Shown here in pieces: positions 1 to 11,080 of a DNA stretch of 64,000 nt. A program made the position numbers and the translations under genes. The DNA lies in NCBI GenBank assembly GCA_965248055.1, contig CBDFIJ010000004.1:2784001-2848000 (forward strand), given 5' to 3'. The notes beneath the pieces are model-generated. The model was given only the letters and a program-made list of their open reading frames with translations. It did no database searches and had not been told where the DNA came from. How positions within the stretch are numbered: the stretch's first letter is position 1; the number at the start of each line of letters is the position of its first letter. The DNA comes from Candidatus Multivoradales bacterium. Lineage in GTDB: Bacteria > Acidobacteriota > Thermoanaerobaculia > Multivoradales > JAHEKO01.

Positions 1-2803
1 GGCTTGGCTTAGCCTCGGACTGAGTCAATGGATGCAGGCGCAACCCAGCGCAGAAACCATTCCCTCTGCTTGGCAGGGAACGTTGGTCGTTGCTGTAGAG
101 GTGCGTGGCCCGGTGGGCGAGGAACTCGCTGGTGAGATTGAGGCCGCGGTGGCGGAGAGAGTCTTGGTGCTCACAAGGGAGTCGATTCGCTCGGCGTTGT
201 CGATCGCTCACAGTCGAATTTCTGGCGGCGACATCGAGGCGTGGGTGCGGCCAGCGAATGCCCAGACGGGGGTTCATTTGGTGATCGCTATCGGTCAGGA
301 GTCGACAATTGGCGCGGTCGAGATCACTGGCATACCGAACGAGGTTGCTGGGTGGCAGCCTCGCGTACTGGTCAAATCTGGCGACCGCTTGGTTGAGAAT
401 CGGTTGCTGCGCACGATCTATGGCTTGGAAGAGGCGATGGAAGATGCCGGATACCTAGATGCCCAGGTGGCCCTGTCTGTGAAGCCGATGTCAAACGCCC
501 AGCTCGCTGTTGGGTTAACTGCCAAGCCCGGCCCCAGATTCCAGGTTGTCCAGCTGGAGGTCGACCCAGCTCTTCCTGAGGATGTTGAATCACCAACCAA
601 GATGGTCAACCGTGTTGGTGAGCCGTATCAGCGGCGCAAGATCGGAGAGGACGAGGAACGATTCCGTCGGCAGTTAGTTAACCAGGGGTATCGCAGTGCG
701 CGGGTGGCGGCGGCGGACGTGGAGCGCGTTGAACCAGACGCAGTCACACTGCGCTTTCCGATTGTCGCCGGTCCCAAGGTAGAGATTCAAATCGAGGGGT
801 TTGATGTCTCCAAGCTGCGCAAGAAAAACCGCTTGCCGGTACTGCGCGAGCAGGGGTTTGACCCGGCCTTGGTGCCCGCGACCGAGAGAACCCTCAGGGA
901 CTTCATGCAGAGCAAGGGCTTCTATCAAGCTCAAATAGGCTCACAGATCGCCGAAGAAGATGACTTGACTCAGGTCGTGTTTTCGATCGTGCCCGGAGAA
1001 AAGCGAAAGCTAGCGGCGGTATCCATAGACGGGGCCTCAACCTTTGCCAGTGAGCGGCTTAGCAACCTGCTGTTGACCGAGAAGGGACGTCCGTTGGTCG
1101 ATTCTGAACTGGCAGAGGACCTCAACAACTTGCGTTCGTTCTACGTCAGGCAGGGATTCTTGCAAGCGCAGGTCGAGGCGGATGTTGCACCGACAGATGG
1201 GCAGGATCGCCCGGGTCAACTCGTCGTCACGATCACAGTCAACGAAGGGCCTCGTTCTGTGATCCGTTCGCTGCAGATCTCCGGTGCGAACAGGCTAGCA
1301 GAGGTTGATCTGGTGAAAAACCTTCCAACATCTGTGAACGGGCCGTTTCACGAGTCGATCGTGCGCGAAGGGGTGGCCGAGATCCAGCGCAGGTATCGCC
1401 AGCGGGGATTTCGTTCTTCGATCGTCACGGCCGAAGTAGAAGCCGTCGCACAATCTCCTCAACAGGTCGACGTTGAATATCGGATCTTGGAAGGCCCCGC
1501 GGTACACGTGGGGGAGGTGTTTCTGCGAGGCTTGAGTCGAACGCGACCCGGATTCGTTCGTAAAGTGCTTGGCCTCGAACCTGGCGACTTACTCTCGTCC
1601 GATCGGTTGTTGAGTGCCGAGCGAAGGCTGTTTCAGCTCGGACTGTTCTCCGAAGTCGACGTGCGAAGCTCGCCGGCAGCACCGTTTTCCGACAGTGAGG
1701 ACCTGATTGTTGAGGTCAAGGAAGCTCCGGTACATCGCCTCAGCTACGGACTTGGCTGGGACACCGAGGATGAACTGCGCGGGGTTGCGGGCTACACCCG
1801 CAACAACTGGCTGGGACGGGGGTTCTCGTGGAATCTAGATGCAGCGGTGAGTGCCAAGGAAAAGCTCTTTCGGGTCATTCTCACGCAACCATGGATCGGT
1901 GTGCATCAGACCCCATTGACTTATTCGCTATTCCGCTTGGACGAGAATCGAGAGAGCTTCCAGCTTCGACGCGCCGGTGTGCAGGTGGGTGCGCGGCAGC
2001 AGCGTGGGCGAACCCAAGCAGGGTTGCTCCTGACCTGGCGCCAGAACAAGACCTCGGACGACGCGTTCAATCTAGATCGAGAGATTGCATCCGTCGAGAT
2101 CGCATCAATGACCCCCAGTCTTTTTGTCGATCGGCGCAACGATCCGTTCAATCCCACGCGCGGCTGGAGCGGGCTGGTACAAGTTGAGAAGGCGTTCTCC
2201 TTGCTTGGCTCGCAAGAGGAATTCCTCAAGCTCTTCGGCCAGTACACCCAGTACCTCAACCTGGGAGCGGCCGGGACCCTGGGTAGCAGTGTCCGGGTTG
2301 GATGGATCAACCCAGGAGCCACCGAGGGGCTGGGCAGATTGTTTACCGATCTCGATCTACTGCCGCCGGGTCTTGAGTCAGCCGAAGTACACATTTCCGA
2401 GCGCTTCGTTTCTGGAGGACGCAGCAGCCATCGGGCCTACGGGCGGTTTGAATTGGGCCAACTGGGTGAGACCCTGTTGTTGTGCGATCAACTGCCGGCA
2501 GACGGTAGGTCTTGCAGCCCTGATGAGATTCTGCCGGTTGGCGGCAACGCCTTGGGTCTGATCAACCTGGATTGGCGTTTCCCGATCGCCGGAGCTCTCG
2601 GAGGCGTCGCCTTTGTCGACGCTGGCAATCTCTGGGCAGACTGGAGCCACGCCGACCTCGACCAACTCAAACTCGGAGCGGGAATCGGCTTCCGCTACTC
2701 CTCACCGATCGGCCCCTTGAGACTTGAAGTCGGGTGGAAACTCGACCGCGAACCGTTTGAAGATCCTTACGTGATTTTCTTCAGTCTAGGCAATCCGTTC
2801 TAG
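1..2803 (+). CDS. BamA/TamA (Omp85) family outer-membrane protein with multiple POTRA domains, probably 5'-truncated
   Basis: The frame is open from base 2 (AWLSLGLSQW, before Met at 32). It has repeated POTRA-like units (GY/GF..A.V, ..I.EG), an Omp85 lid motif (ERFVSGGRSSHRAY), GIGFRYSSPIGPLRLEVG and a terminal Phe. Confidence 0.9.
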   Translation, partial: AWLSLGLSQWMQAQPSAETIPSAWQGTLVVAVEVRGPVGEELAGEIEAAVAERVLVLTRESIRSALSIAHSRISGGDIEAWVRPANAQTGVHLVIAIGQESTIGAVEITGIPNEVAGWQPRVLVKSGDRLVENRLLRTIYGLEEAMEDAGYLDAQVALSVKPMSNAQLAVGLTAKPGPRFQVVQLEVDPALPEDVESPTKMVNRVGEPYQRRKIGEDEERFRRQLVNQGYRSARVAAADVERVEPDAVTLRFPIVAGPKVEIQIEGFDVSKLRKKNRLPVLREQGFDPALVPATERTLRDFMQSKGFYQAQIGSQIAEEDDLTQVVFSIVPGEKRKLAAVSIDGASTFASERLSNLLLTEKGRPLVDSELAEDLNNLRSFYVRQGFLQAQVEADVAPTDGQDRPGQLVVTITVNEGPRSVIRSLQISGANRLAEVDLVKNLPTSVNGPFHESIVREGVAEIQRRYRQRGFRSSIVTAEVEAVAQSPQQVDVEYRILEGPAVHVGEVFLRGLSRTRPGFVRKVLGLEPGDLLSSDRLLSAERRLFQLGLFSEVDVRSSPAAPFSDSEDLIVEVKEAPVHRLSYGLGWDTEDELRGVAGYTRNNWLGRGFSWNLDAAVSAKEKLFRVILTQPWIGVHQTPLTYSLFRLDENRESFQLRRAGVQVGARQQRGRTQAGLLLTWRQNKTSDDAFNLDREIASVEIASMTPSLFVDRRNDPFNPTRGWSGLVQVEKAFSLLGSQEEFLKLFGQYTQYLNLGAAGTLGSSVRVGWINPGATEGLGRLFTDLDLLPPGLESAEVHISERFVSGGRSSHRAYGRFELGQLGETLLLCDQLPADGRSCSPDEILPVGGNALGLINLDWRFPIAGALGGVAFVDAGNLWADWSHADLDQLKLGAGIGFRYSSPIGPLRLEVGWKLDREPFEDPYVIFFSLGNPF

Positions 2804-2813
2804 GCGAAGAATT

Positions 2814-3043
2814 GTGAAGTTCAAGGACGTAATCATCATCTATCGGCCTGGGCGAAGTGGTACAACTCCAATCGACGGTTTCAAGAAATAGTGAACAGCT
2901 GAGAAGCCTATTCGGGATCGAGCAATACATATGAGAGGGATCTCGCCACCGATGAACTGGATCTCTTGGAGCGCTTACTTCATGGCTATTGTGTTGAGCT
3001 GGGAGACCAAGAGGCTGGGCTGGCGGTGAGTGGTTGTGGTTGA
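2814..3043 (+). pseudogene. Probable sulfotransferase remnant (N- and C-terminal fragments, internal deletion)
   Basis: GTG at 2814 reads VKFKDVIIIYRPGRSGTT, resembling a PAPS-binding loop, and stops at 2891. A second frame reads NTYERDLATDELDLLERLLHGYCVELG, resembling sulfotransferase C-terminal helices, and has an internal TGA at 2900. Confidence 0.45.
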
Positions 3044-3178
3044 CGTCGTGTTTGGTGGTGGATCCGGCGCCGGGATGCCATTGCGTAGGTAGGAATCGCG
3101 CCGTTTCCTCTCAAAGTCTTAGCTCACACTCCCGAGCTTAAGGGAGCGTCAAAGGCGAACTGGACAGGCAACCCCAGA

Positions 3179-4021
3179 TCATGAGTTACCACTGCCCTCT
3201 CTGGACGGTGGTGGTGAGGGTGATTTGCCAAGGAAGGCCAGCTCTCGTGGACGAATCCCACATGAAAGGCCCAGTTCGAGGTGGTCGTAGTTGTGTAGAT
3301 CGACAACCTCAACTTGTCGAAAAGAAAGGCGCATGAGATCGACAAAGTCGATGCCGTAGTCTCGATAATGGCCGTTGAATGATAGGTCAGGAAAGATCAC
3401 GGTTTGCTTGCGAGACCATTCTCCAGGGACTGTTATGACAGCTATACCCCGGGGTCTTAGCACGCGGGCCAGTTCTGCTAAGGCTCTTCCATCATCCGGG
3501 ACATGCTCAAGAACATGGTTAGTGAGAACCATGTCGAACGATTGATCGGCAAATGTTAGGTTCTGGATATCTTCACCGGGAAAACCAACATCCTTCAAGA
3601 ATCGGTCGGTTGTTGCGTATTCCACACCGGGTCCGGTCAGTGCCGGTACCAAGATCGGCTCAGGGGCAAAGTGCAGTACTCGGCAGGGGCCTTTTCTTGC
3701 AATAAGGTCGGGCAAGAGGTAGCTGAGGCCTCTGTGGCGCCCCCGAGAACGACATTGTGGGCAGATAGATTGCCATGCGATTCTCAGACGGTTGCTACTG
3801 TGGACAAAAGAGTGACCCGCATAGCCACAGCAAGGACAGTGGTAGCGGGGTGTCTCGTTGTGCAATTGATTGATTAGATTGGCACTGCCGGAGAGTAGAG
3901 CGTTCCATGCACCTCGTGAGTCATGTAAGCGGAGGTGCCCAAGAATCCGAGAACCCACACGCCGCAAGGTCTCCTTTGGCCACGGGAGGTTCGATCCCGG
4001 ATTGTCAATGCGGAGAACCAT
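3179..4021 (-). CDS. Class I SAM-dependent methyltransferase with N-terminal Cys (Zn-ribbon-like) motif
   Basis: Motifs CPCC...CPQC, VLHFAPE, DIQNLTFADQSFD and NHVLEHVPDD..ALAELARVLRPRG. Confidence 0.85.
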   Translation of the reverse strand: MVLRIDNPGSNLPWPKETLRRVGSRILGHLRLHDSRGAWNALLSGSANLINQLHNETPRYHCPCCGYAGHSFVHSSNRLRIAWQSICPQCRSRGRHRGLSYLLPDLIARKGPCRVLHFAPEPILVPALTGPGVEYATTDRFLKDVGFPGEDIQNLTFADQSFDMVLTNHVLEHVPDDGRALAELARVLRPRGIAVITVPGEWSRKQTVIFPDLSFNGHYRDYGIDFVDLMRLSFRQVEVVDLHNYDHLELGLSCGIRPRELAFLGKSPSPPPSREGSGNS

Positions 4022-4135
4022 AAAAACATCATATGTGATTCAACTCACTACTGCTCCAAAGTAGGACAGGGCCATGCCCTGCGCGCGCCTTCTGTGCAGA
4101 GAGCGGGCTGAGCCTAGCCAATAGCCTCCCGCCTC

Positions 4136-5219
4136 TGCATAAGTTCAGAAACAAATGGCACTCGTTCAATGAGGGATGTCGATGAGCATGAGGTTGATCA
4201 GAGGGCGTTTCCAAGGCCTGGGACATCTTCGTCATCTAGGGGTATCTTGGGTCATGACCCAAGATAGCGCTGAGAAACGTATCCGAGCATTGAGATTCTG
4301 GCAGGAGCATGGGATCGATGCAGCGATCGATGCATTTTCGGTGAGCCGGAGGACTCTGTACCGCTGGAAGTCTCGTCTTGGTAGGTGCAAAGGAGAGCTA
4401 AGCTCTCTAAACCCTCAATCAACAGCTCCGAAGAAAAGAAGACGGCGCAAGTGGCCCTCTGAGGTAGTAGCCGAGATCGGTCGATTGCGGGTCAAAGAGC
4501 CCAATCTTGGCAAGGACAAGATCTATCCGCTGTTGAAACCCTGGTGTGAAGTAAGGGGAATTACCTGCCCCTCGGTGAGCACCATCGGCCGCATCATTGG
4601 CGATGCTCCCGACAAGATGCGCTTGGTGCCTCAAAGGATTGATCGCCTGGGTCGAGTGAAAGCAAAACGAAAGCGTAAGCCTCGCAAACCTAAAGGAACC
4701 AAGGCATGCTCGCCTGGCCAGTGGGTGGCAGTAGATACCATCGAGCGATTCTGTGATGGCCAACGCCGGTACTTGATCACTCTGACCGATGCCGCCAGCA
4801 GCATGAGTCTGGCAATAGCCACCAACTCCCACACCTCGAGCACGGCAGCGCGCTTTCTGGACCTGAGCCTTGATGTCTTGCCATTTGCTGTTACTACCGT
4901 GCTCTCAGACAACGGTAGTGAGTTTCAAGGAGCCTTCGACAAGAAAGCTGCTGAGGCTGGAATCAAACGCTGGTACACCTACCCCAGGTGCCCGAAGATG
5001 AACGCCCAAGCCGAGAGATTCAATCGAACCATCCAAGAGAAATTCGTTGACTACAACGAAGACTTGCTCTTCACTGACCTCCAAGCTTTCAACCAAAAAC
5101 TCTTCGACTGGATGCTCTGGTTTAACGCCGAAAGGCCCCACTGGAGCCACCGACAAAGACCACCGCTACAATACGTAGCTGAACATACCGATCAGTGCCA
5201 AATGTCATGGACGCATACA
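4136..5219 (+). mobile_element. IS481-like insertion sequence (1084 bp) with 5-bp target duplication GCCTC
   Basis: IRL 4136-4162 (TGCATAAGTTCAGAAACAAATGGCACT) matches the reverse complement of IRR 5194-5219 (TGTATGCGTCCATGACATTTGGCACT) at 18/27. GCCTC flanks both ends (4131-4135 and 5220-5224). Confidence 0.85.
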
Positions 5220-5228
5220 GCCTCTTGA
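4176..5228 (+). CDS. IS481-like DDE transposase (HTH plus integrase core)
   Basis: HTH (VSRRTLYRWK) and DDE residues (VAVDT, VLSDNGSEF, NAQAERFNRT). The start may be ATG 4182. The stop codon lies outside the element. Confidence 0.92.
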   Translation: MSMSMRLIRGRFQGLGHLRHLGVSWVMTQDSAEKRIRALRFWQEHGIDAAIDAFSVSRRTLYRWKSRLGRCKGELSSLNPQSTAPKKRRRRKWPSEVVAEIGRLRVKEPNLGKDKIYPLLKPWCEVRGITCPSVSTIGRIIGDAPDKMRLVPQRIDRLGRVKAKRKRKPRKPKGTKACSPGQWVAVDTIERFCDGQRRYLITLTDAASSMSLAIATNSHTSSTAARFLDLSLDVLPFAVTTVLSDNGSEFQGAFDKKAAEAGIKRWYTYPRCPKMNAQAERFNRTIQEKFVDYNEDLLFTDLQAFNQKLFDWMLWFNAERPHWSHRQRPPLQYVAEHTDQCQMSWTHTAS

Positions 5229-5253
5229 CTTGATCCTTTAGGGTTCGTAGAAT
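5225..5253 (+). promoter_or_regulatory. Sigma70-type promoter of groES-groEL
   Basis: TTGACT (5225-5230), a 17-bp spacer and TAGAAT (5248-5253), directly before CIRCE. Confidence 0.85.
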
Positions 5254-5279
5254 TAGCACTCGTCAAGAGAGAGTGCTAG
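5253..5279 (+). promoter_or_regulatory. CIRCE element (HrcA operator)
   Basis: TTAGCACTC-N9-GAGTGCTAG is one mismatch from the consensus TTAGCACTC-N9-GAGTGCTAA and lies upstream of groES. Confidence 0.95.
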
Positions 5280-5351
5280 CAGATATGTTGGCTAACTTGA
5301 CAAGCTCTTAATAATCAACGTTTTGGATAAACCAAAAGGAGATATAGAGAA

Positions 5352-5642
5352 GTGAAAATTCGTCCGCTTCATGACCGCGTAGTGGTCAAGCGCCTTGAGT
5401 ATGATGAAGAAGAAGTTCGAGGTGGCATTATTATCCCCGACACTGCCAAAGAGAAGCCTCAGCAGGCAGAAGTGGTAGCCGTCGGCCCCGGAAAGCTGAA
5501 GGAAGATGACAGCCGCTCGACCATGGATGTCAAGGTCGGTGACCGCGTCTTAGTCGGCAAGTACTCCGGTAGCGAGATCAAGTTTGACGGCGACGAACTC
5601 GTCATCATGCGCGAGGACGAGATCCTTGCGGTACTCAACTAA
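5352..5642 (+). CDS. groES: Co-chaperonin GroES
   Basis: [28 protein letters not shown], and an AAGGAG RBS upstream. Confidence 0.98.
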   Translation: MKIRPLHDRVVVKRLEYDEEEVRGGIIIPDTAKEKPQQAEVVAVGPGKLKEDDSRSTMDVKVGDRVLVGKYSGSEIKFDGDELVIMREDEILAVLN

Positions 5643-5677
5643 GCAACACTACAGAAACTAGTCGCTAGGAATACTAA

Positions 5678-7336
<1,659 letters not shown>

Positions 7337-7359
7337 AAAGCCAATCAACCTGTTTTGTC

Positions 7360-7391
7360 AAGGCCGGTGCCCTAGGGCACCGGCCTTTTTT
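7360..7391 (+). terminator. Intrinsic terminator of groESL
   Basis: Perfect palindrome AAGGCCGGTGCCCTAGGGCACCGGCCTT followed by a T-run. Confidence 0.9.
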
Positions 7392-7437
7392 CTTTCCGCG
7401 AATTTCTCGATACGACGCGCTGTCGAGGCGACTACAA

Positions 7438-8589
7438 TTGGCTCTTGAGAGCAAACTGATGAGCCGAGTTACCACCCCTCCCGTCGAAGTTCTCTATACC
7501 GTCCCCAATTTTGTCACTGCCGGGTCGGGGCTGTTGCTCTTCAACATCGCCACCAGTCTTGACCGAGAGCGTTTTCGCCCGTCTGTGTGTGTGCGCAAGC
7601 TGGCTAACGCTCCTCTGGAAATTAGGCTGCGGGAGAAGGGTATTGAGGTCTTTGAAGGGCCGATCGTCGAACCAGGAAAGCCGCGCTGGAATTTACTGCA
7701 ACGGTGCCGCAGCGCTGCACGACAGGTGATGGAGAACCGGGAGTCCCAGAAGCCGATTCAGATTTGGCACTCCTTCCACTACATAGACGACTACTCCGAA
7801 CCTTTGATCGCGCGGGCCGCAGGCGCTCAATTCGTATTTACCAAGAAAAACATGAGCTGGAACCGGCGTTCCTGGTGGTTGCGATCGCGCCTCGCGCACG
7901 GTATTGCGGCGCAAAATCGAGACATGATCGCGCAGTTCTTCACGGGTGGATTTCGTCGTAAGGTTCGCTATGTCCCGTCAGGGGTTGACGTCGACACCTA
8001 TCGCCCGCCGACGAAAGAACGATCAAAAAACGATCGGTTCACAGTCGCCTGTGTAGCCCACTTGCTCCCCGTGAAAGACCAGGTCTCCTTGGTCGAAGCT
8101 GCAGCCCACCTGCCGGAGCTTCGGGTGATCCTTGCCGGGCGCACCGACGATGTTGCCTATGCAACCAAGGTTCGGCAAAGGATCGAACAGTTGGCACTTG
8201 GCGAGCGGGTTGAAATTGCCGGCCAAATTGACGAGATCCCTTCATTTCTTCACACCATCGACGCCTTCGCTCTGCCAAGCCTTGGGCGGGGCCGCATGGA
8301 GGGTTGTCCGGTCGCCCTGCTTGAGGCGATGTCGAGTGGACTGCCGGTCATAGCCAGTGACATTCCGGGCAGTCGAGATGTTGTGCAGCACAATCAGAAT
8401 GGCCTTCTGGTATCGCCGGAGCAACCCGAAATGTTGGCCGACGCGATCAAAACCCTAATTGAGTCTCCGGAGTTGTGCCGGAATTTCGGAAGTCGCGCCC
8501 GGGAGCGCTGCGTAGAACAGTTTTCGACGGCCCTAGAAGCGCAGCGCTACATGAGCCTCTACGACCGAGTTCTATCCAGCCGGAACTAA
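7438..8589 (+). CDS. Glycosyltransferase family 4
   Basis: VAHLLPVKDQ and an EGCPVALLEAMSSGLPVIASD (E-x7-E) motif. The start is uncertain (ATG 7459 is possible). Confidence 0.9.
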   Translation: MALESKLMSRVTTPPVEVLYTVPNFVTAGSGLLLFNIATSLDRERFRPSVCVRKLANAPLEIRLREKGIEVFEGPIVEPGKPRWNLLQRCRSAARQVMENRESQKPIQIWHSFHYIDDYSEPLIARAAGAQFVFTKKNMSWNRRSWWLRSRLAHGIAAQNRDMIAQFFTGGFRRKVRYVPSGVDVDTYRPPTKERSKNDRFTVACVAHLLPVKDQVSLVEAAAHLPELRVILAGRTDDVAYATKVRQRIEQLALGERVEIAGQIDEIPSFLHTIDAFALPSLGRGRMEGCPVALLEAMSSGLPVIASDIPGSRDVVQHNQNGLLVSPEQPEMLADAIKTLIESPELCRNFGSRARERCVEQFSTALEAQRYMSLYDRVLSSRN

Positions 8590-8590
8590 T

Positions 8591-10192
8591 TCAGGGCGAA
8601 TCGAGGTCCTCTGAATCGACATTCATTGGGTCGACGGCCAGCGAACCAAGGTTAAATCTTGCAATCAGCCAGGAGATGGGTGGGCCGCCTTCTCGGTTGG
8701 CAATCGAGATCAACTGCGAGCCTGTGGAGTGGGCGAAGACTTGATACTCACTGGATAGCTGGCTCGATTGTGAGTCGGTGATTAAGACGATACTTTCGGG
8801 CACGGGGCGACCGTAGTAGAAATCCATGTATGCGGCTCCGCTCCCTTGGCGGAGTTGGTTCAGAAGTTTTTGGCCATTGGTGACTGTAACCGGGGCCAAT
8901 CGACGCCTCCGCTCGGGTGACAAACTAGACAGCATTCCGACCGCGACATCGCGGTTTCGAAAGGCCAAGGTCACACCGTCGAGACTGGGCAGCGAACGAA
9001 GCACTTGGGCTCCGGTCTCCAAGTAGTGACCGTGCTGGGTCAGCCGCCACCCTTCAGGACTCAAGGTTTGGAAAGCGGCGGCTGGGGTAAGCAAAGCAAA
9101 ACAGGTTACGGCTGTTAGCGATACCGTCACCAACAGTTTGGCTCGCCTGCCTTTTGTCAATGCTAGAAACCAGGCAACAGGAACCCAAAGGAACAAGTCA
9201 ATTCTCACCAGTCTCGGGTCATTGAGAAACGCGATCACCAGCAAGAGTGCGATACCGAATCCAGCCATAACTAGGTCGGGCTTGGAGGCTTTTCTTATCG
9301 CAACTGCGGCAACGCAAATCAGGCCAGCGGTCGACACAACGGTGCGCGCCAGTGCGCTAAAGCTTGCGGGAAGACTGAGGGTCGTCCAGATATCCAGCCA
9401 GTGCATGGTTGAGGTCGGATGAGTGACCACCCAGAAAATCGCAGGACTGTACAAAGCTAGCAGGCTTAGCCAGAAGGAAGTGCTCTTTCTTGTCGACGAC
9501 GAGTTGTTCCAAGACTCCTTGACGTCGATCACCATCCACAGCCCAATCAGTAGCAGTGGAATGAGGTACATCGAATAGAGAAGAACCAACAGTGCCAGCC
9601 AGGAGAGCGCCCGTGTCGTTGAGGACCACACCGCCGTATGCCAGCCATGGCGAGAAATCAAAACAGACAGGGCGGCCAGGAGCAGCAGGGTGATCGAGTG
9701 CCAGCTTGGTCCGGCCAAGTACATCCAAGTACCCGGATGAACAATCAACATCAAAGGCACGGCGAGTGAAGTCAGCAGTGATGCGCGGCGTGCTCTGGAA
9801 GACAGGAAAAGTAACAGTGCTGCACAGACAACGACTGCCGTGGCGAAGAACTCAGCGGCCGCCGGGTGCCCTGAAAAAGGCGCGATCGCGGTAGCCAGTA
9901 ACAGGGCTGAAGCGACATTCGAAAGGCGTAGCGGCTCAACGTAGGCGGGCGCCAAGAGTTCGAAGGCAACGGTGTGGTGCGCGGTGCGCAATGAGTCCGG
10001 GCCACGCAATGCCGCACCCATCCCCAGGTTATCGGCATCCAAGATGCTCTGACTCCAATAAAGCAACGCCCGGGCATCACCGGGTGGGGAGAGCAGTGGC
10101 TGTATCCGGATGACGACTAGCGACAGCAATGTCGCAACGGATATCAACAGCCAGATCCGGGAGCGGGCCCCCTGGCCGAAGAAGTGTTGCAT
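8591..10192 (-). CDS. Polytopic membrane protein, possibly a GT-C fold glycosyltransferase
   Basis: An N-terminal TM followed by PPGD..LYW, many hydrophobic segments and a soluble C-terminal domain, inside the glycan locus. Confidence 0.5.
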   Translation of the reverse strand: MQHFFGQGARSRIWLLISVATLLSLVVIRIQPLLSPPGDARALLYWSQSILDADNLGMGAALRGPDSLRTAHHTVAFELLAPAYVEPLRLSNVASALLLATAIAPFSGHPAAAEFFATAVVVCAALLLFLSSRARRASLLTSLAVPLMLIVHPGTWMYLAGPSWHSITLLLLAALSVLISRHGWHTAVWSSTTRALSWLALLVLLYSMYLIPLLLIGLWMVIDVKESWNNSSSTRKSTSFWLSLLALYSPAIFWVVTHPTSTMHWLDIWTTLSLPASFSALARTVVSTAGLICVAAVAIRKASKPDLVMAGFGIALLLVIAFLNDPRLVRIDLFLWVPVAWFLALTKGRRAKLLVTVSLTAVTCFALLTPAAAFQTLSPEGWRLTQHGHYLETGAQVLRSLPSLDGVTLAFRNRDVAVGMLSSLSPERRRRLAPVTVTNGQKLLNQLRQGSGAAYMDFYYGRPVPESIVLITDSQSSQLSSEYQVFAHSTGSQLISIANREGGPPISWLIARFNLGSLAVDPMNVDSEDLDSP

Positions 10193-10251
10193 TGTGAGTT
10201 CCGGATCTAGTTGTCACCAAGCCGAGGTCGAGTCGTGGCTTGGCGATTGGC

Positions 10252-11079
10252 TTATTCTACGAGCGCCTTCTCATAGGGATCGCCTTGAGAGAGGGAGCGC
10301 AGCCAACTTGGATACGGCACCGCGCTGGGTAGCAATAAAAGATGACAGCGCCCTCGATGGCCGATGTCGTCGGAGTCGTGCGTTGGAGAATGAGTCTTGA
10401 GGTAGTAAGCCGAATAGTCCAACTCGTCGCACCAGCTTAGGACCGCGTCGGCATTTTGTACCATGGTCAGCTCTGGATTGGAGTGCATTTCCACCATGAA
10501 TGCGGTCTTGGCTTGGCTGGCGATTTCCCTACTTCCCTCGAGCACGCTAGCTTCGGCTCCTTCGACATCAATTTTGACGAAGTCGGGAGCGCAATCTTGG
10601 GAGCGTGCCAGTTCATCCAAGGTCCAGTTCTGCACCGCTTGCACAGATCCCCTTTGGCTCGCGGTAATCGCATGACCTTGGTACATGCTACTTGCGGCAC
10701 CCCCTCCGATCGCGAACAAGGGGGTCTCCCCTTGGTTCAAAGCACCGGCGAATCCACGGATTACTTTGAATCGGGTGGTGTCAAAATTCATCGCCAGGTT
10801 GGAGCTGCTGATCTTGCAGGCGGTTTCCTCAGCGTCGACCGCGACCACCCGTTGAACACCCAGGACCAGTGCCAAGAGTGAAAACTCGCCAAAGTTGGAG
10901 CCGATATCAAAGAAGGTCTCACTCCGTTTTAGGTATCCGGCAACCCACGCCGAGTCGTAGTCGGGTTTGATGCGGATCGTGCCCCGCCGTACCTTCACTG
11001 AGGTACCAACCAGTGCTATCTGCTGCTTCGAGAGCCCTGGGACCAACAGACACAATCGATTGAAAATGCGTGCGATCAA
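10252..11079 (-). CDS. FkbM family methyltransferase
   Basis: FFDIGSNFGEFS and PDFVKIDVEGAEASVLEG. Confidence 0.9.
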   Translation of the reverse strand: MIARIFNRLCLLVPGLSKQQIALVGTSVKVRRGTIRIKPDYDSAWVAGYLKRSETFFDIGSNFGEFSLLALVLGVQRVVAVDAEETACKISSSNLAMNFDTTRFKVIRGFAGALNQGETPLFAIGGGAASSMYQGHAITASQRGSVQAVQNWTLDELARSQDCAPDFVKIDVEGAEASVLEGSREIASQAKTAFMVEMHSNPELTMVQNADAVLSWCDELDYSAYYLKTHSPTHDSDDIGHRGRCHLLLLPSAVPYPSWLRSLSQGDPYEKALVE

Positions 11080-11080
11080 T

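Noticed and set aside
4093-4141. Hairpin TGTGCAGAG-A-GCGGG...CCCGC-CTCTGCATA spanning the proposed IS left boundary, suggesting a longer element
   Set aside because: The IR match, the exact GCCTC duplication and the identical geometry in element 2 all support 4136 as the end. No duplication supports a more distal end, though some doubt remains.
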